Notes: generated by a model not told the origin, from the sequence alone. 64,000 nucleotides of DNA from Patescibacteria group bacterium (GCA_038064915.1 JBBTSB010000004.1:24874-88873), one strand, 5' to 3'; positions 1 to 8,178 are shown, counted from the first letter of the stretch. Made by a program: numbers and translations.

Positions 1-123
1 ATGCGTTTCGAGTTGCGGAGAATACCTACAAAACATCCGTACGTGCCGCAAAAGAAAAGCGTGATGCCGCGGTTCGAGCGAAACAAGTTTGTCTCAAAAA
101 AGTAAGCGAGACGCGCAAGAGCC

Positions 124-381
124 CTACGCCTTCACCAGTGCGCTAAGGCGAGATTTGGTTCTACTAGCTTTGTTTTTGGCGATGGTGTGAGTCTTCGCCG
201 CTTTGTCGAGTGTTTTGTATACCTTCGGAAGGAGCGTCTTTGCTTTATCAAACTCTTTCGCAGAGATTGCCTTTTTGAATTCCTTTACCGCATTGCGATA
301 CAATCGCTTCCGGCGGTCATTGAAACCCTTTTTGCGCTTTGACTGCCTAAGCGCCTTTTTTGCTGATTTGGTGATTGGCAT
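124..381 (-). CDS. rpsT: 30S ribosomal protein S20
   Basis: 85-aa basic protein; N-terminal KSAKKALRQSKRKK is S20-like; sits immediately downstream of uvrB on the same strand. Confidence 0.85.
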   Translation of the reverse strand: MPITKSAKKALRQSKRKKGFNDRRKRLYRNAVKEFKKAISAKEFDKAKTLLPKVYKTLDKAAKTHTIAKNKASRTKSRLSALVKA

Positions 382-386
382 GAGAA

Positions 387-2387
387 CTATCCTACACTAT
401 TCTTTCTCAATTGTAAAATCTGTTCTCTAAGCCAAAGCGCTTTTTCGAATTGTAGGTCATGGACGGCGCGTTCCATTTGTTTTTGGAGTATTTCAATGCG
501 CTGATTCGGTGTGAGCTTGGATTCATCAAATTTGTCGTCAACGTCGTAGCTGTACCACTTGGATATCTTTTCTTGCTTTTTGGATCCACCTAAATCGGAG
601 CGTTTGATTGCTTTGATGATTGTCGCCGGCGTGATGTTATGCTTTTTGTTAAATTCCTCCTGGACCTTGCGACGGCGTGTCGTTTCATCGATGGCGTTTT
701 TCATTGAGCGCGTGACTTTGTCGGCATACATGATGACTTTGCCATCCAAGTGCCGTGCCGCGCGCCCCATCGTCTGGATGAGCGTGGTGGCATTTCGCAA
801 AAAGCCCTCTTTATCTGCATCTAAAATCGCCACGAGCGACACCTCTGGCAAATCTAAACCCTCTCTCAATAAATTTACCCCCACAATCACGTCATAGTTC
901 CCGAGACGCAGATCGTGAATAATTTCCAGGCGTTGCAGGGTTTTTATTTCCGAGTGGATGTAGTTTACCTTGATGCCAGCTTCGGCAAGATATTCCGTGA
1001 GATCTTCCGCCATGCGCTTAGTGAGGGTGGTCACGAGAATGCGCTGTTTTTCCCCGATACGCTTTTTGATTTCTCCTATCAAGTGATCTACTTGACCTTC
1101 CGTAGGATGGATTTCAATGGTGGGATCCAAAAGTCCCGTGGGACGCACGAGCTGTTCCACAATGCCCGCTTTTCCAGATTTTTTTAATTCAAATTCCTTT
1201 GGTGTGGCGGACACGTAAATTGCCTGCTGAATGAGTTTTGCAAATTCCGGAAACCGCAGGGGGCGATTGTCGAGAGCGGAAGGTAAGCGAAAGCCGTATT
1301 CAACTAACGTTCCCTTGCGTGATGCATCTCCAGCATGCATGCCATGGAGTTGCGGGACTGTGAGGTGAGACTCATCGATAACCGTCAAAAAATTACCCTT
1401 TGTCTTAAAAAAATCCACGAGGGTATAGGGCGGCGCGCCGGGCTCGCGAAATTCCAAATGACGTGAGTAGTTTTCGATACCGTAGCAGTAGCCGGTTTCT
1501 TTGAGCATCTGCATATCGCGTTCCGTGCGTTGCTTGAGCCGATCAGCTTCCAAAAACAAGCCGCGCTTCTCTAATTTTTTGATGGTCAGCAAAAGTTCTG
1601 TTTTGATATTGGCAATTGCTACATCAATCTTGTCGTCTATGGCAACCCAATATTTTGCCGGAAAAATTTTTGCCTGCAGCACGCGTTCGTATTTTGGTTC
1701 TTGATACTGAATTTTTTCCAGATCCACCTGTGCCACCGAAATCTTGGTATTCTTGAGATTGATTTTGATGACATGGTCTCCAGTCGCGGGAACAATTTCC
1801 ACTTCCTCGCGTGTTTTGCGAAACGTGCCGCGCTTCAGCTCAATGTCCTGGGTGTATTGGAGGCGACGCAAGGTCGCGACGATTTCAGAAGCTTTTATCT
1901 TTTGTCCATCAAATAGTTCAAAGCTCATTTTTTGGTAATCTTTTGGATCGCCTAGGTTGTAAATGCACGACACCGATGAAACGATGATCACATCATCTCT
2001 GCTCAACAGCGCTTCCGTGGCGGCGTGGCGAAGACGATCAATTTCTTCATTGATCTTTGCATCTTTTTCTATGTAAGTGTCAGAGTGGGGAATATACGCT
2101 TCTGGTTGATAATAGTCGTAGTAGGACACAAAATAGTGCACGGCATTGTTCGGGAAAAATTCCTTAAACTCCTGATACAGCTGTGCCGCCAGCGTCTTAT
2201 TATGCGAGATGACCAGCGTCGGCTTTTTGATGTTGGATATGACATTGGCGATCGTAAACGTCTTGCCACTGCCCGTAACTCCCACAAGCGTCTGATGTTT
2301 GTGTCCGTCCTGAAGCAGGCGAGTCAATTTCTCGATGGCTTCGGGCTGATCCCCCTTGGGCTTGAATTTGGAGTTTAATTGAAACAT
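387..2387 (-). CDS. uvrB: excinuclease ABC subunit B
   Basis: 666 aa; Walker A GVTGSGKTFT, helicase motifs and a C-terminal UvrB/UvrC interaction helix; full-length similarity to UvrB. Confidence 0.95.
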   Translation of the reverse strand: MFQLNSKFKPKGDQPEAIEKLTRLLQDGHKHQTLVGVTGSGKTFTIANVISNIKKPTLVISHNKTLAAQLYQEFKEFFPNNAVHYFVSYYDYYQPEAYIPHSDTYIEKDAKINEEIDRLRHAATEALLSRDDVIIVSSVSCIYNLGDPKDYQKMSFELFDGQKIKASEIVATLRRLQYTQDIELKRGTFRKTREEVEIVPATGDHVIKINLKNTKISVAQVDLEKIQYQEPKYERVLQAKIFPAKYWVAIDDKIDVAIANIKTELLLTIKKLEKRGLFLEADRLKQRTERDMQMLKETGYCYGIENYSRHLEFREPGAPPYTLVDFFKTKGNFLTVIDESHLTVPQLHGMHAGDASRKGTLVEYGFRLPSALDNRPLRFPEFAKLIQQAIYVSATPKEFELKKSGKAGIVEQLVRPTGLLDPTIEIHPTEGQVDHLIGEIKKRIGEKQRILVTTLTKRMAEDLTEYLAEAGIKVNYIHSEIKTLQRLEIIHDLRLGNYDVIVGVNLLREGLDLPEVSLVAILDADKEGFLRNATTLIQTMGRAARHLDGKVIMYADKVTRSMKNAIDETTRRRKVQEEFNKKHNITPATIIKAIKRSDLGGSKKQEKISKWYSYDVDDKFDESKLTPNQRIEILQKQMERAVHDLQFEKALWLREQILQLRKNSVG

Positions 2388-2397
2388 ACTGAATACA

Positions 2398-2985
2398 ATG
2401 ATTGGCTATCTTGCTGGCAAACTGCAGGCGATTACCCCAAAATACGCGATTCTTGACGTAAACGGCGTAGGCTATAGGGTGGTCATCGCAGAAAAAATGC
2501 ACTCTAGTCTAGCATCGGTAGGCGAAGAAATCAAGCTCTACACGCACTTTACGATGAACCCTCGGGATGGCCAAGTGGAGCTCTATGGATTTGCTACACA
2601 GGAAGAGTTGAGTTTCTTTGAACTGCTTACCAGTATTTCAGGCATCGGTCCCAAGAGCGCGCAAGGGATACTCGCCAAAGCCGAACTACAGCCATTACAG
2701 CTGGCAATCTTGCAGGGAGATGAAGTCTATCTCAAAAAAGTAGCAGGCCTAGGTCCCAAAACCGCCCAACGCCTCATCCTGGAACTCAAAGAAAAAATCG
2801 CCAGCGTCCACCTAAGTCCGGGCTCACAAGCAAACCTTACATCAGAATCCGAGGCGGTCGAAGCACTCATGGCCCTTGGATACTCGCAATATCAGGCACG
2901 AGATGCCTTGAAGCTCGTCGACTCCAAACTCGAAAAATCGGAGCACAAGATCACCGCGGCATTGAAAATATTGGCAAAAAAATGA
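2398..2985 (+). CDS. ruvA: Holliday junction DNA helicase subunit RuvA
   Basis: 195 aa; MIGYLAGKL start, OB domain and tandem HhH motifs (GIGPKSAQGIL, VAGLGPKTAQRLI). Confidence 0.9.
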   Translation: MIGYLAGKLQAITPKYAILDVNGVGYRVVIAEKMHSSLASVGEEIKLYTHFTMNPRDGQVELYGFATQEELSFFELLTSISGIGPKSAQGILAKAELQPLQLAILQGDEVYLKKVAGLGPKTAQRLILELKEKIASVHLSPGSQANLTSESEAVEALMALGYSQYQARDALKLVDSKLEKSEHKITAALKILAKK

Positions 2986-3818
2986 TTTCTTTTTTGCAAT
3001 CTGATGAGTGGGCGCAATTTCAAAGATCCCTTGGGCGGAAGGTTTTTGACGTCGAAGGCACAAAGGTGATTCGGCATGATTTGACGTTTAAAAAAAATTA
3101 CCTATATGTGCCGTACCCGGATACGGTGCCGAATTTGCTTCCATTGGCGGAGCAAGAAAAAAGCATTTTCATAAAAGCAGAGCCCATGCACGATGAAGTT
3201 GCTCAAGCGCTCGTGCATCAAGGCTATCAAAAATCATCCAAAAACGTCCAGCCACATCGGACCGTCGTACTTGATCTCACAAATAGCGAAGATGCATTGT
3301 TGAGCGCAATGCACCACAAGACGAGGTATAACATCCGCGTTGCGGAGCGGGAACATGTGGTCGTGGAGCAAAGCACGGATACTAATATTTTTTTGAGCTT
3401 AATGAAAAAGACTACCGCACGCGATAAATTTCACACACATTCCGAATGGTACTATCATCGCCTCATGGCATCTCGCGGATTGGATACAAAACTCTGGATC
3501 GCATGGCACGATGGCAAACCCATCGCCTCCGCTATCACGCTGACCTACGGCGATACGGCATATTATCTCCATGGTGCGTCAGACTACGAATATCGCTCTC
3601 TTATGGGCCCGTATCTTTTGCATTGGAAGATACTTTTAAACTTTAAACACTTAAACTTTAAACTTTATGATTTCTGGGGAATTGATGCAAAAAAATGGCC
3701 CGGCGTGACCCGATTCAAACTTGGCTGGGGAGGGCGGACAATCGAATATCCGGGGGCGTTTGATTTTGCTATTTCAAAACCTTGGTATTTTGCGTATACT
3801 TTATACCATGGATTATAG
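2982..3818 (+). CDS. FemAB-family peptidoglycan interpeptide aminoacyltransferase, copy 1
   Basis: 278 aa; FLQSDEWAQFQ N-terminus and C-terminal YYLHGASDYEYRSLMGPYLLHW...YDFWGI typical of FemX/FemAB; ATGA overlap with ruvA; contains the TTTAAAC repeat element. Confidence 0.75.
   Translation: MISFLQSDEWAQFQRSLGRKVFDVEGTKVIRHDLTFKKNYLYVPYPDTVPNLLPLAEQEKSIFIKAEPMHDEVAQALVHQGYQKSSKNVQPHRTVVLDLTNSEDALLSAMHHKTRYNIRVAEREHVVVEQSTDTNIFLSLMKKTTARDKFHTHSEWYYHRLMASRGLDTKLWIAWHDGKPIASAITLTYGDTAYYLHGASDYEYRSLMGPYLLHWKILLNFKHLNFKLYDFWGIDAKKWPGVTRFKLGWGGRTIEYPGAFDFAISKPWYFAYTLYHGL
3634..3667. repeat. TTTAAAC-heptamer repeat element, in frame in femAB copy 1
   Basis: TTTTAAACTTTAAACACTTAAACTTTAAACTTTA encodes LLNFKHLNFKL. 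Confidence 0.65.
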
Positions 3819-4077
3819 AGATATCATTCGCAAAAACCCCGGACTAATCTGGTACAGCCGAAATTATGACGGCTTTGAGGAGTCAACCGTGGTAGAGGCA
3901 GTTTTAAATTATGGTGATTGGGATGAATTTAAAGCATTAAAAGAATCTCTTAGTGTGGAGAGAGTTGCAGAGATTTTTCGAGAGAACGCCTTTCGCGAGC
4001 GCACCAACTACCGCGACGATGTTCGCCAATACTTCACCCTATATTTTGACAAACATGCACCGCGAGATACTCACTAA
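3808..4077 (+). CDS. small hypothetical protein (90 aa), possible partner of the downstream AbiEii-like gene
   Basis: ATG at 3808 overlaps the femAB stop by 11 nt; the ORF ends 23 nt inside the downstream nucleotidyltransferase gene; no recognisable domain. Confidence 0.35.
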   Translation: MDYRDIIRKNPGLIWYSRNYDGFEESTVVEAVLNYGDWDEFKALKESLSVERVAEIFRENAFRERTNYRDDVRQYFTLYFDKHAPRDTH

Positions 4078-4666
4078 AGAACAAATCGAACTACTTCCCG
4101 TGATATCGAAATTCAAAGGAGATTTTGGGCTCGTCGGAGGTACTGCCGCAGCCTTGCACATAGGACATCGGCGCTCAATTGACTTCGATATGTTTTCATT
4201 AAAGTCATTTGTCAATGAGGATATACGAAAAATTTTGACAAGCGCATTTCCCATTGAACAAGAATTAGTAGATCGAGATGGCGAATATACCATCAAGATA
4301 AATAGTGTAAAAGCCACATTTTATCAGTATCGCATTCCCATTGATTTTCCGGATGTTTTTGAAAACTCGATGCGAGTAGCTGATCTCGTGACCATTGCCG
4401 CCATGAAGATCCATGCGTTAGGGAGTCGCGCCAAGTGGAAGGATTACGTTGATCTCTACTTCATTTTAAAAAACAAACATACCATAGATGAGCTGGATGC
4501 AAAGGCGCATGAGATTTTGCATGGTGAATTCAATGCACGTCTTTTTCGACAGCGACTTGCGCTATTTTTCGATATTCGCTACGACGAACAGGTGGAGTTT
4601 ATGCCTGGATTTGAAGTCTCATCTCGCGAAATTAAAGAGTATTTACGAGAAGTGAGCTTAAGCTAA
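4055..4666 (+). CDS. AbiEii/DUF1814-like nucleotidyltransferase (putative type IV toxin-antitoxin or abortive-infection toxin)
   Basis: GLVGGTAAALHIGHRRSIDFDMF matches the GGTAL...R.S.DxD signature of AbiEii nucleotidyltransferases; start chosen at the in-frame ATG 4055 (the ORF track extends to 3953). Confidence 0.6.
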   Translation: MHREILTKEQIELLPVISKFKGDFGLVGGTAAALHIGHRRSIDFDMFSLKSFVNEDIRKILTSAFPIEQELVDRDGEYTIKINSVKATFYQYRIPIDFPDVFENSMRVADLVTIAAMKIHALGSRAKWKDYVDLYFILKNKHTIDELDAKAHEILHGEFNARLFRQRLALFFDIRYDEQVEFMPGFEVSSREIKEYLREVSLS

Positions 4667-4671
4667 ATAGC

Positions 4672-4698
4672 AAAAACCCTCATAAAATAAGGGTTTTT
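4672..4698. terminator. hairpin with flanking A and T runs after the AbiEii-like gene (bidirectional)
   Basis: AAAAACCCTcataaaataAGGGTTTTT. Confidence 0.4.
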
Positions 4699-4704
4699 AG
4701 CGTA

Positions 4705-4734
4705 TTGACAAATAGCACTCTACTGTGCTATACT
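4705..4734 (+). promoter_or_regulatory. sigma70-like promoter for the GC-rich islet A
   Basis: TTGACA, 18-nt spacer, TATACT. Confidence 0.45.
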
Positions 4735-4794
4735 ATTATCATACTGAAATCAGGGTCCGGTTGAGGAGCTAGACCTTTGAAAACTCGATTTTTC

Positions 4795-4834
4795 GGCACG
4801 TGTGGCCACCCAGGCCATACGTGCCCTTTTGTTT
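4795..4834 (+). promoter_or_regulatory. leader hairpin plus U tract (attenuator-like intrinsic terminator) in the 5' UTR of the small ORF at 4882
   Basis: GGCACGT...ACGTGCC 7-bp stem enclosing a tGGCC/GGCCa sub-stem, followed by CTTTTGTTT. Confidence 0.35.
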
Positions 4835-4881
4835 GCTCGCGACAATCCCGTCGTGGTGCAAACCGATGAGGAGGAATATAA

Positions 4882-5097
4882 ATGAAGAAGCTGGAAAAAA
4901 TCGCTAACCTCATGATAGGGGCCGGAGCTGGCATCATGATGATGACCAGTGGCATCCTCGCCCTGGGGGAGCCGACCGGCTATCTGAACATCCAGATTCT
5001 CGTCTGGATCTCCCGCGGCACATGGGGACTCATGCTCCTTGGCGGAGTTCTCATGGCAGCAGCGAAAGACCGGGAGCACGCCCACCGCAAGGCGTAG
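4882..5097 (+). CDS. small Gly/Ala-rich membrane protein (71 aa) in GC-rich islet A
   Basis: canonical SD GAGGAGG 8 nt upstream; two predicted TM segments; GC and GC3 far above genome average. Confidence 0.5.
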   Translation: MKKLEKIANLMIGAGAGIMMMTSGILALGEPTGYLNIQILVWISRGTWGLMLLGGVLMAAAKDREHAHRKA

Positions 5098-5227
5098 CTC
5101 CGGGATCGTACAAAGATGGAGGAGCGCCGACGGAACTCCGTCGTGATTTGCTCCTCCCTCCGAACTGGAGCGTGAGTGGATGTTCTTTTACCATATCTCC
5201 TCAACCCCTCATGCTCCAATTCGGGGA

Positions 5228-5260
5228 TGCCCGGTCGCTTGACTGGGCTTTTTTTATTTT
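5228..5260 (+). terminator. rho-independent terminator closing islet A
   Basis: GCCCGG tcgcttga CTGGGC followed by TTTTTTTATTTTT. Confidence 0.5.
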
Positions 5261-5284
5261 TAAAAGCGAGTATGCTTAGAGGTA

Positions 5285-6445
5285 ATGAGAAACCTCTACC
5301 ATTGGTGTCTTGCGGTACTTGCGTCGATCATCTATGGATTTCCCTCCCATGACGTAAAGGTCATTGGGGTTACGGGAACCAAGGGAAAGTCTACGACGGC
5401 TTTTATGATCGCAAAAATCTTTGCCGATCAGGGCCTTCCCATCGCCATGATCAGCTCCCTGGGCTATCGGATCAAGGATCAGGAATGGCCAAATCTTCTC
5501 AAGATGACCATGCCGGGACGCTTTCGACTACAGCAGTTTATAGCAAAAGCCCGACGGGCGAAATGCCAGTATGTCGTTGTAGAAGTCACTTCCGAAGGAA
5601 TCGCCCAGCATCGTCTCGTTGGCGTTCGTGTTGACTGTGCCGTGTTTACCAACTTACACAAGGAACACATTGAAAGCCACGGTGGTTTTGAACAATACAA
5701 AGAAGCCAAGAAAGTGCTATTTCACAAAACCAAGAACATCCACGTGATGAACGCTGAAAATCAGCATTCGGAGGAATTTTTGGCATTGCCCGCAATGAAA
5801 AAAATCAGTTTTGGTATGGAGCATGGCGATTTGAAACAGAATACCCTGGAGCTCCGTCTCAACCTAGCAGGTGAGTTCAATATCTACAACGCCCTCGCCG
5901 CAATGGGTGTTGCACATGCCTACGGACTGGATTCTTTGAAAGCGAAAGCGAGTGTTGAATCCATCGATCGCGTACCCGGACGAATGGAGTTTGTTGAACT
6001 AGGCCAACCATTTGAGGTTGTCGTTGATTACGCGCATACACCGGAATCGCTGGAGGGTGTTTACCAAACCCTCAAGCCAAAGAACGGCAAGCTGATTGCT
6101 GTTCTTGGAGCTGCAGGTGGGGGACGTGATACATGGAAAAGGCCAGTTTTTGGTGAGCTGGCTGATCGCTATTGTGATGAAATCGTTCTCACCAATGAAG
6201 ATCCGTACGAAGAGGATCCGGAAAAAATACTCAATGAAATCGCTTCCGGAATTCGTACGTCAAAGGCAAAACGCATCATTGATCGCCGCGAAGCGATAGC
6301 CACTGCCATTGCGGATGCACAAGTGGGTGATGTTGTGGTGATCACCGGGAAGGGTTCTGAAACCTCCATGGCGGTGGCGGGAGGCAAGCATATTCCCTGG
6401 TCTGATCTTGGGGTTGCATCGGAGGTACTTCACATGCGATCATAG
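5285..6445 (+). CDS. Mur ligase family protein (MurE-like, short form)
   Basis: 386 aa; GVTGTKGKSTT P-loop, Mur ligase central and C-terminal domains; lacks a long N-terminal domain. Confidence 0.65.
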   Translation: MRNLYHWCLAVLASIIYGFPSHDVKVIGVTGTKGKSTTAFMIAKIFADQGLPIAMISSLGYRIKDQEWPNLLKMTMPGRFRLQQFIAKARRAKCQYVVVEVTSEGIAQHRLVGVRVDCAVFTNLHKEHIESHGGFEQYKEAKKVLFHKTKNIHVMNAENQHSEEFLALPAMKKISFGMEHGDLKQNTLELRLNLAGEFNIYNALAAMGVAHAYGLDSLKAKASVESIDRVPGRMEFVELGQPFEVVVDYAHTPESLEGVYQTLKPKNGKLIAVLGAAGGGRDTWKRPVFGELADRYCDEIVLTNEDPYEEDPEKILNEIASGIRTSKAKRIIDRREAIATAIADAQVGDVVVITGKGSETSMAVAGGKHIPWSDLGVASEVLHMRS

Positions 6446-6448
6446 GGT

Positions 6449-6793
6449 ATGAGATGGTTTTTTATTTTTGTTGTTCTGATTTCGTTTACGACAGCGGTTT
6501 TTTTCTTTGGTAAGCCATCGCCGAATGAGCCGGCGCACATCGGACTGCCGGAATCACGTTCCTATGTCATCACCTATCGTGATGGGGTATTCAGCCCTAC
6601 GAATTTGAGGATCCGATCCCGCGATTCGATCACCTTTAGAAATGATTCACTCCGTGTGATTGCCATTCCCGAATTCAATTCTGGCGAAATAAGCCCGAGA
6701 GGTGATTATACGAGAGTTTTTTCTACGCCGGGGGTGTATTCATATACAAATCAATTTCAACCCAAGGAAGATGGTATGATAATAGTTCAATGA
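6449..6793 (+). CDS. hypothetical secreted/membrane-anchored protein, possibly cupredoxin-like fold
   Basis: N-terminal hydrophobic segment; beta-rich C-terminus; no metal ligands recognised. Confidence 0.35.
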   Translation: MRWFFIFVVLISFTTAVFFFGKPSPNEPAHIGLPESRSYVITYRDGVFSPTNLRIRSRDSITFRNDSLRVIAIPEFNSGEISPRGDYTRVFSTPGVYSYTNQFQPKEDGMIIVQ

Positions 6794-6794
6794 C

Positions 6795-8111
6795 ATGAAA
6801 CTTACCTTTTATGGTGGAGCAGGCGATGTGACAGGAGCAAACTACCTTCTCGAAGAAGGAAATCTTCAGCTAATCGTGGATTGCGGCCTTCACCAGGGAA
6901 GCAAGTATGCCGAGGATCTCAACTACACGCCGTTTGCATACGAACCCAAGCTTATTGAATTTGTTTTTATCACCCACAGTCACATTGACCATATCGGGAG
7001 ACTTCCAAAGCTCTACCGTGATGGATTTCGTGGGACGGTGTATGCGACGGATGCAACTGCGGATCTCATGGCGGTGGCATTGCCAGATAATATGTCTCAT
7101 ATCCTTCATGAGGCTGAACGTGATGGGCATGAGCCGTTGTTTGAACAAAGAGATCTCGATGGAATAATGAAGTTGGTGAGGGGGGTGGACTATGGTGAGA
7201 AGATTCCACTACGTGAAGGTGTTACGGCTACTCTTCACGATGCTGGGCATGTTCTGGGATCGGCAATTGTGGAAATTCAATGGCACGATAAAAAGATTTT
7301 CTTTTCCGGAGATTTGGGAAATCCTCCTACGCCACTTTTGCGGCCTACCGAATTCGTCCACGATGCAAATTATGTTGTTATGGAGTCTGCGTACGGTGAT
7401 CGTGTACATGAGGCTCGTGAAGAACGTCGTGAAAAACTTGCTCAAATAATTCAGGAAACTATTGCTCGCAAGGGGACATTGATGATTCCCTCGTTTGCTT
7501 TGGAGCGCACCCAGGATTTGTTGTTTGAGCTCAATGAGTTGCGTCAGCAGAATAAAATTTCCTCCGTTCCCATATTTCTCGACAGCCCTTTGGCGATAAA
7601 ACTGACAGGTGTGTATGAAAAATACTTCGGAAAAAATTCTTTTGATTTTCCCGGGATTGAATTTACCGCCACACCCGATGAGTCTAAACGCATAAATGAT
7701 GTTCCCGCCCCCAAAATCATTATCGCCGGTTCGGGTATGAGTCAGGGGGGAAGAATTTTGCATCATGAACGGCGGTATCTTTCTGATCCCGTCAGTACCA
7801 TTCTTTTTGTAGGTTACCAGGTAGATGGAAGTTTAGGCAGAAGAATACAACGGGGTGATCAGATGGTGACGATTTTTGGTGAAACCGTTGCTGTTCGCTG
7901 TCATGTAGAAACCGTGAGCGGGTATTCTGCTCATGCCGACCAGCCTGCACTCATGCACTGGGTGAAAGTCGCAAATTCAAATGGAAGCTTAAAAAAAGTA
8001 TTTGTTGTGCAAGGCGAGGAACATACAGCCAAAACCCTGGCAAATCTCATCCGTGAAGAGCTCGATGTGAGTGCTCTTGCCCCTCAGCCCGGAGAGGTCG
8101 TAGAACTTTAG
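6795..8111 (+). CDS. MBL-fold beta-CASP family ribonuclease/hydrolase
   Basis: 438 aa; HSHIDH metallo-beta-lactamase motif, beta-CASP region and C-terminal RNA-specificity-like domain. Confidence 0.7.
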   Translation: MKLTFYGGAGDVTGANYLLEEGNLQLIVDCGLHQGSKYAEDLNYTPFAYEPKLIEFVFITHSHIDHIGRLPKLYRDGFRGTVYATDATADLMAVALPDNMSHILHEAERDGHEPLFEQRDLDGIMKLVRGVDYGEKIPLREGVTATLHDAGHVLGSAIVEIQWHDKKIFFSGDLGNPPTPLLRPTEFVHDANYVVMESAYGDRVHEAREERREKLAQIIQETIARKGTLMIPSFALERTQDLLFELNELRQQNKISSVPIFLDSPLAIKLTGVYEKYFGKNSFDFPGIEFTATPDESKRINDVPAPKIIIAGSGMSQGGRILHHERRYLSDPVSTILFVGYQVDGSLGRRIQRGDQMVTIFGETVAVRCHVETVSGYSAHADQPALMHWVKVANSNGSLKKVFVVQGEEHTAKTLANLIREELDVSALAPQPGEVVEL

Positions 8112-8134
8112 TATTGGCCCGCCTGGCCGCGAGG

Positions 8135-8172
8135 CTGGCACTCTTGACATGAGAGTGCCAACGCAGTAACCT
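8135..8172 (+). promoter_or_regulatory. CIRCE-like inverted repeat (HrcA operator) overlapping the lon promoter
   Basis: CTGGCACTC-N9-GAGTGCCAA with TTGACA inside the spacer, 17 nt, TAACCT; the ATG follows 6 nt after the -10. Confidence 0.5.
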
Positions 8173-8178
8173 GATCAT

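Noticed and set aside
1-145. Partial plus-strand ORF at the window start (AFRVAENTYKTSVRAAKEKRDAAVRAKQ...)
   Set aside because: Truncated by the window edge. It overlaps the rpsT 3' end and has no identifiable family, so the evidence is insufficient.
4750-5279. Multiple overlapping ORFs on both strands inside GC-rich islet A (4750-5085 minus, 4980-5219 minus, 5022-5279 plus)
   Set aside because: High GC lowers stop-codon frequency. These ORFs have no SD or promoter, overlap the SD-bearing ORF and terminator, and have biased Arg/Pro/Ala composition typical of spurious frames.
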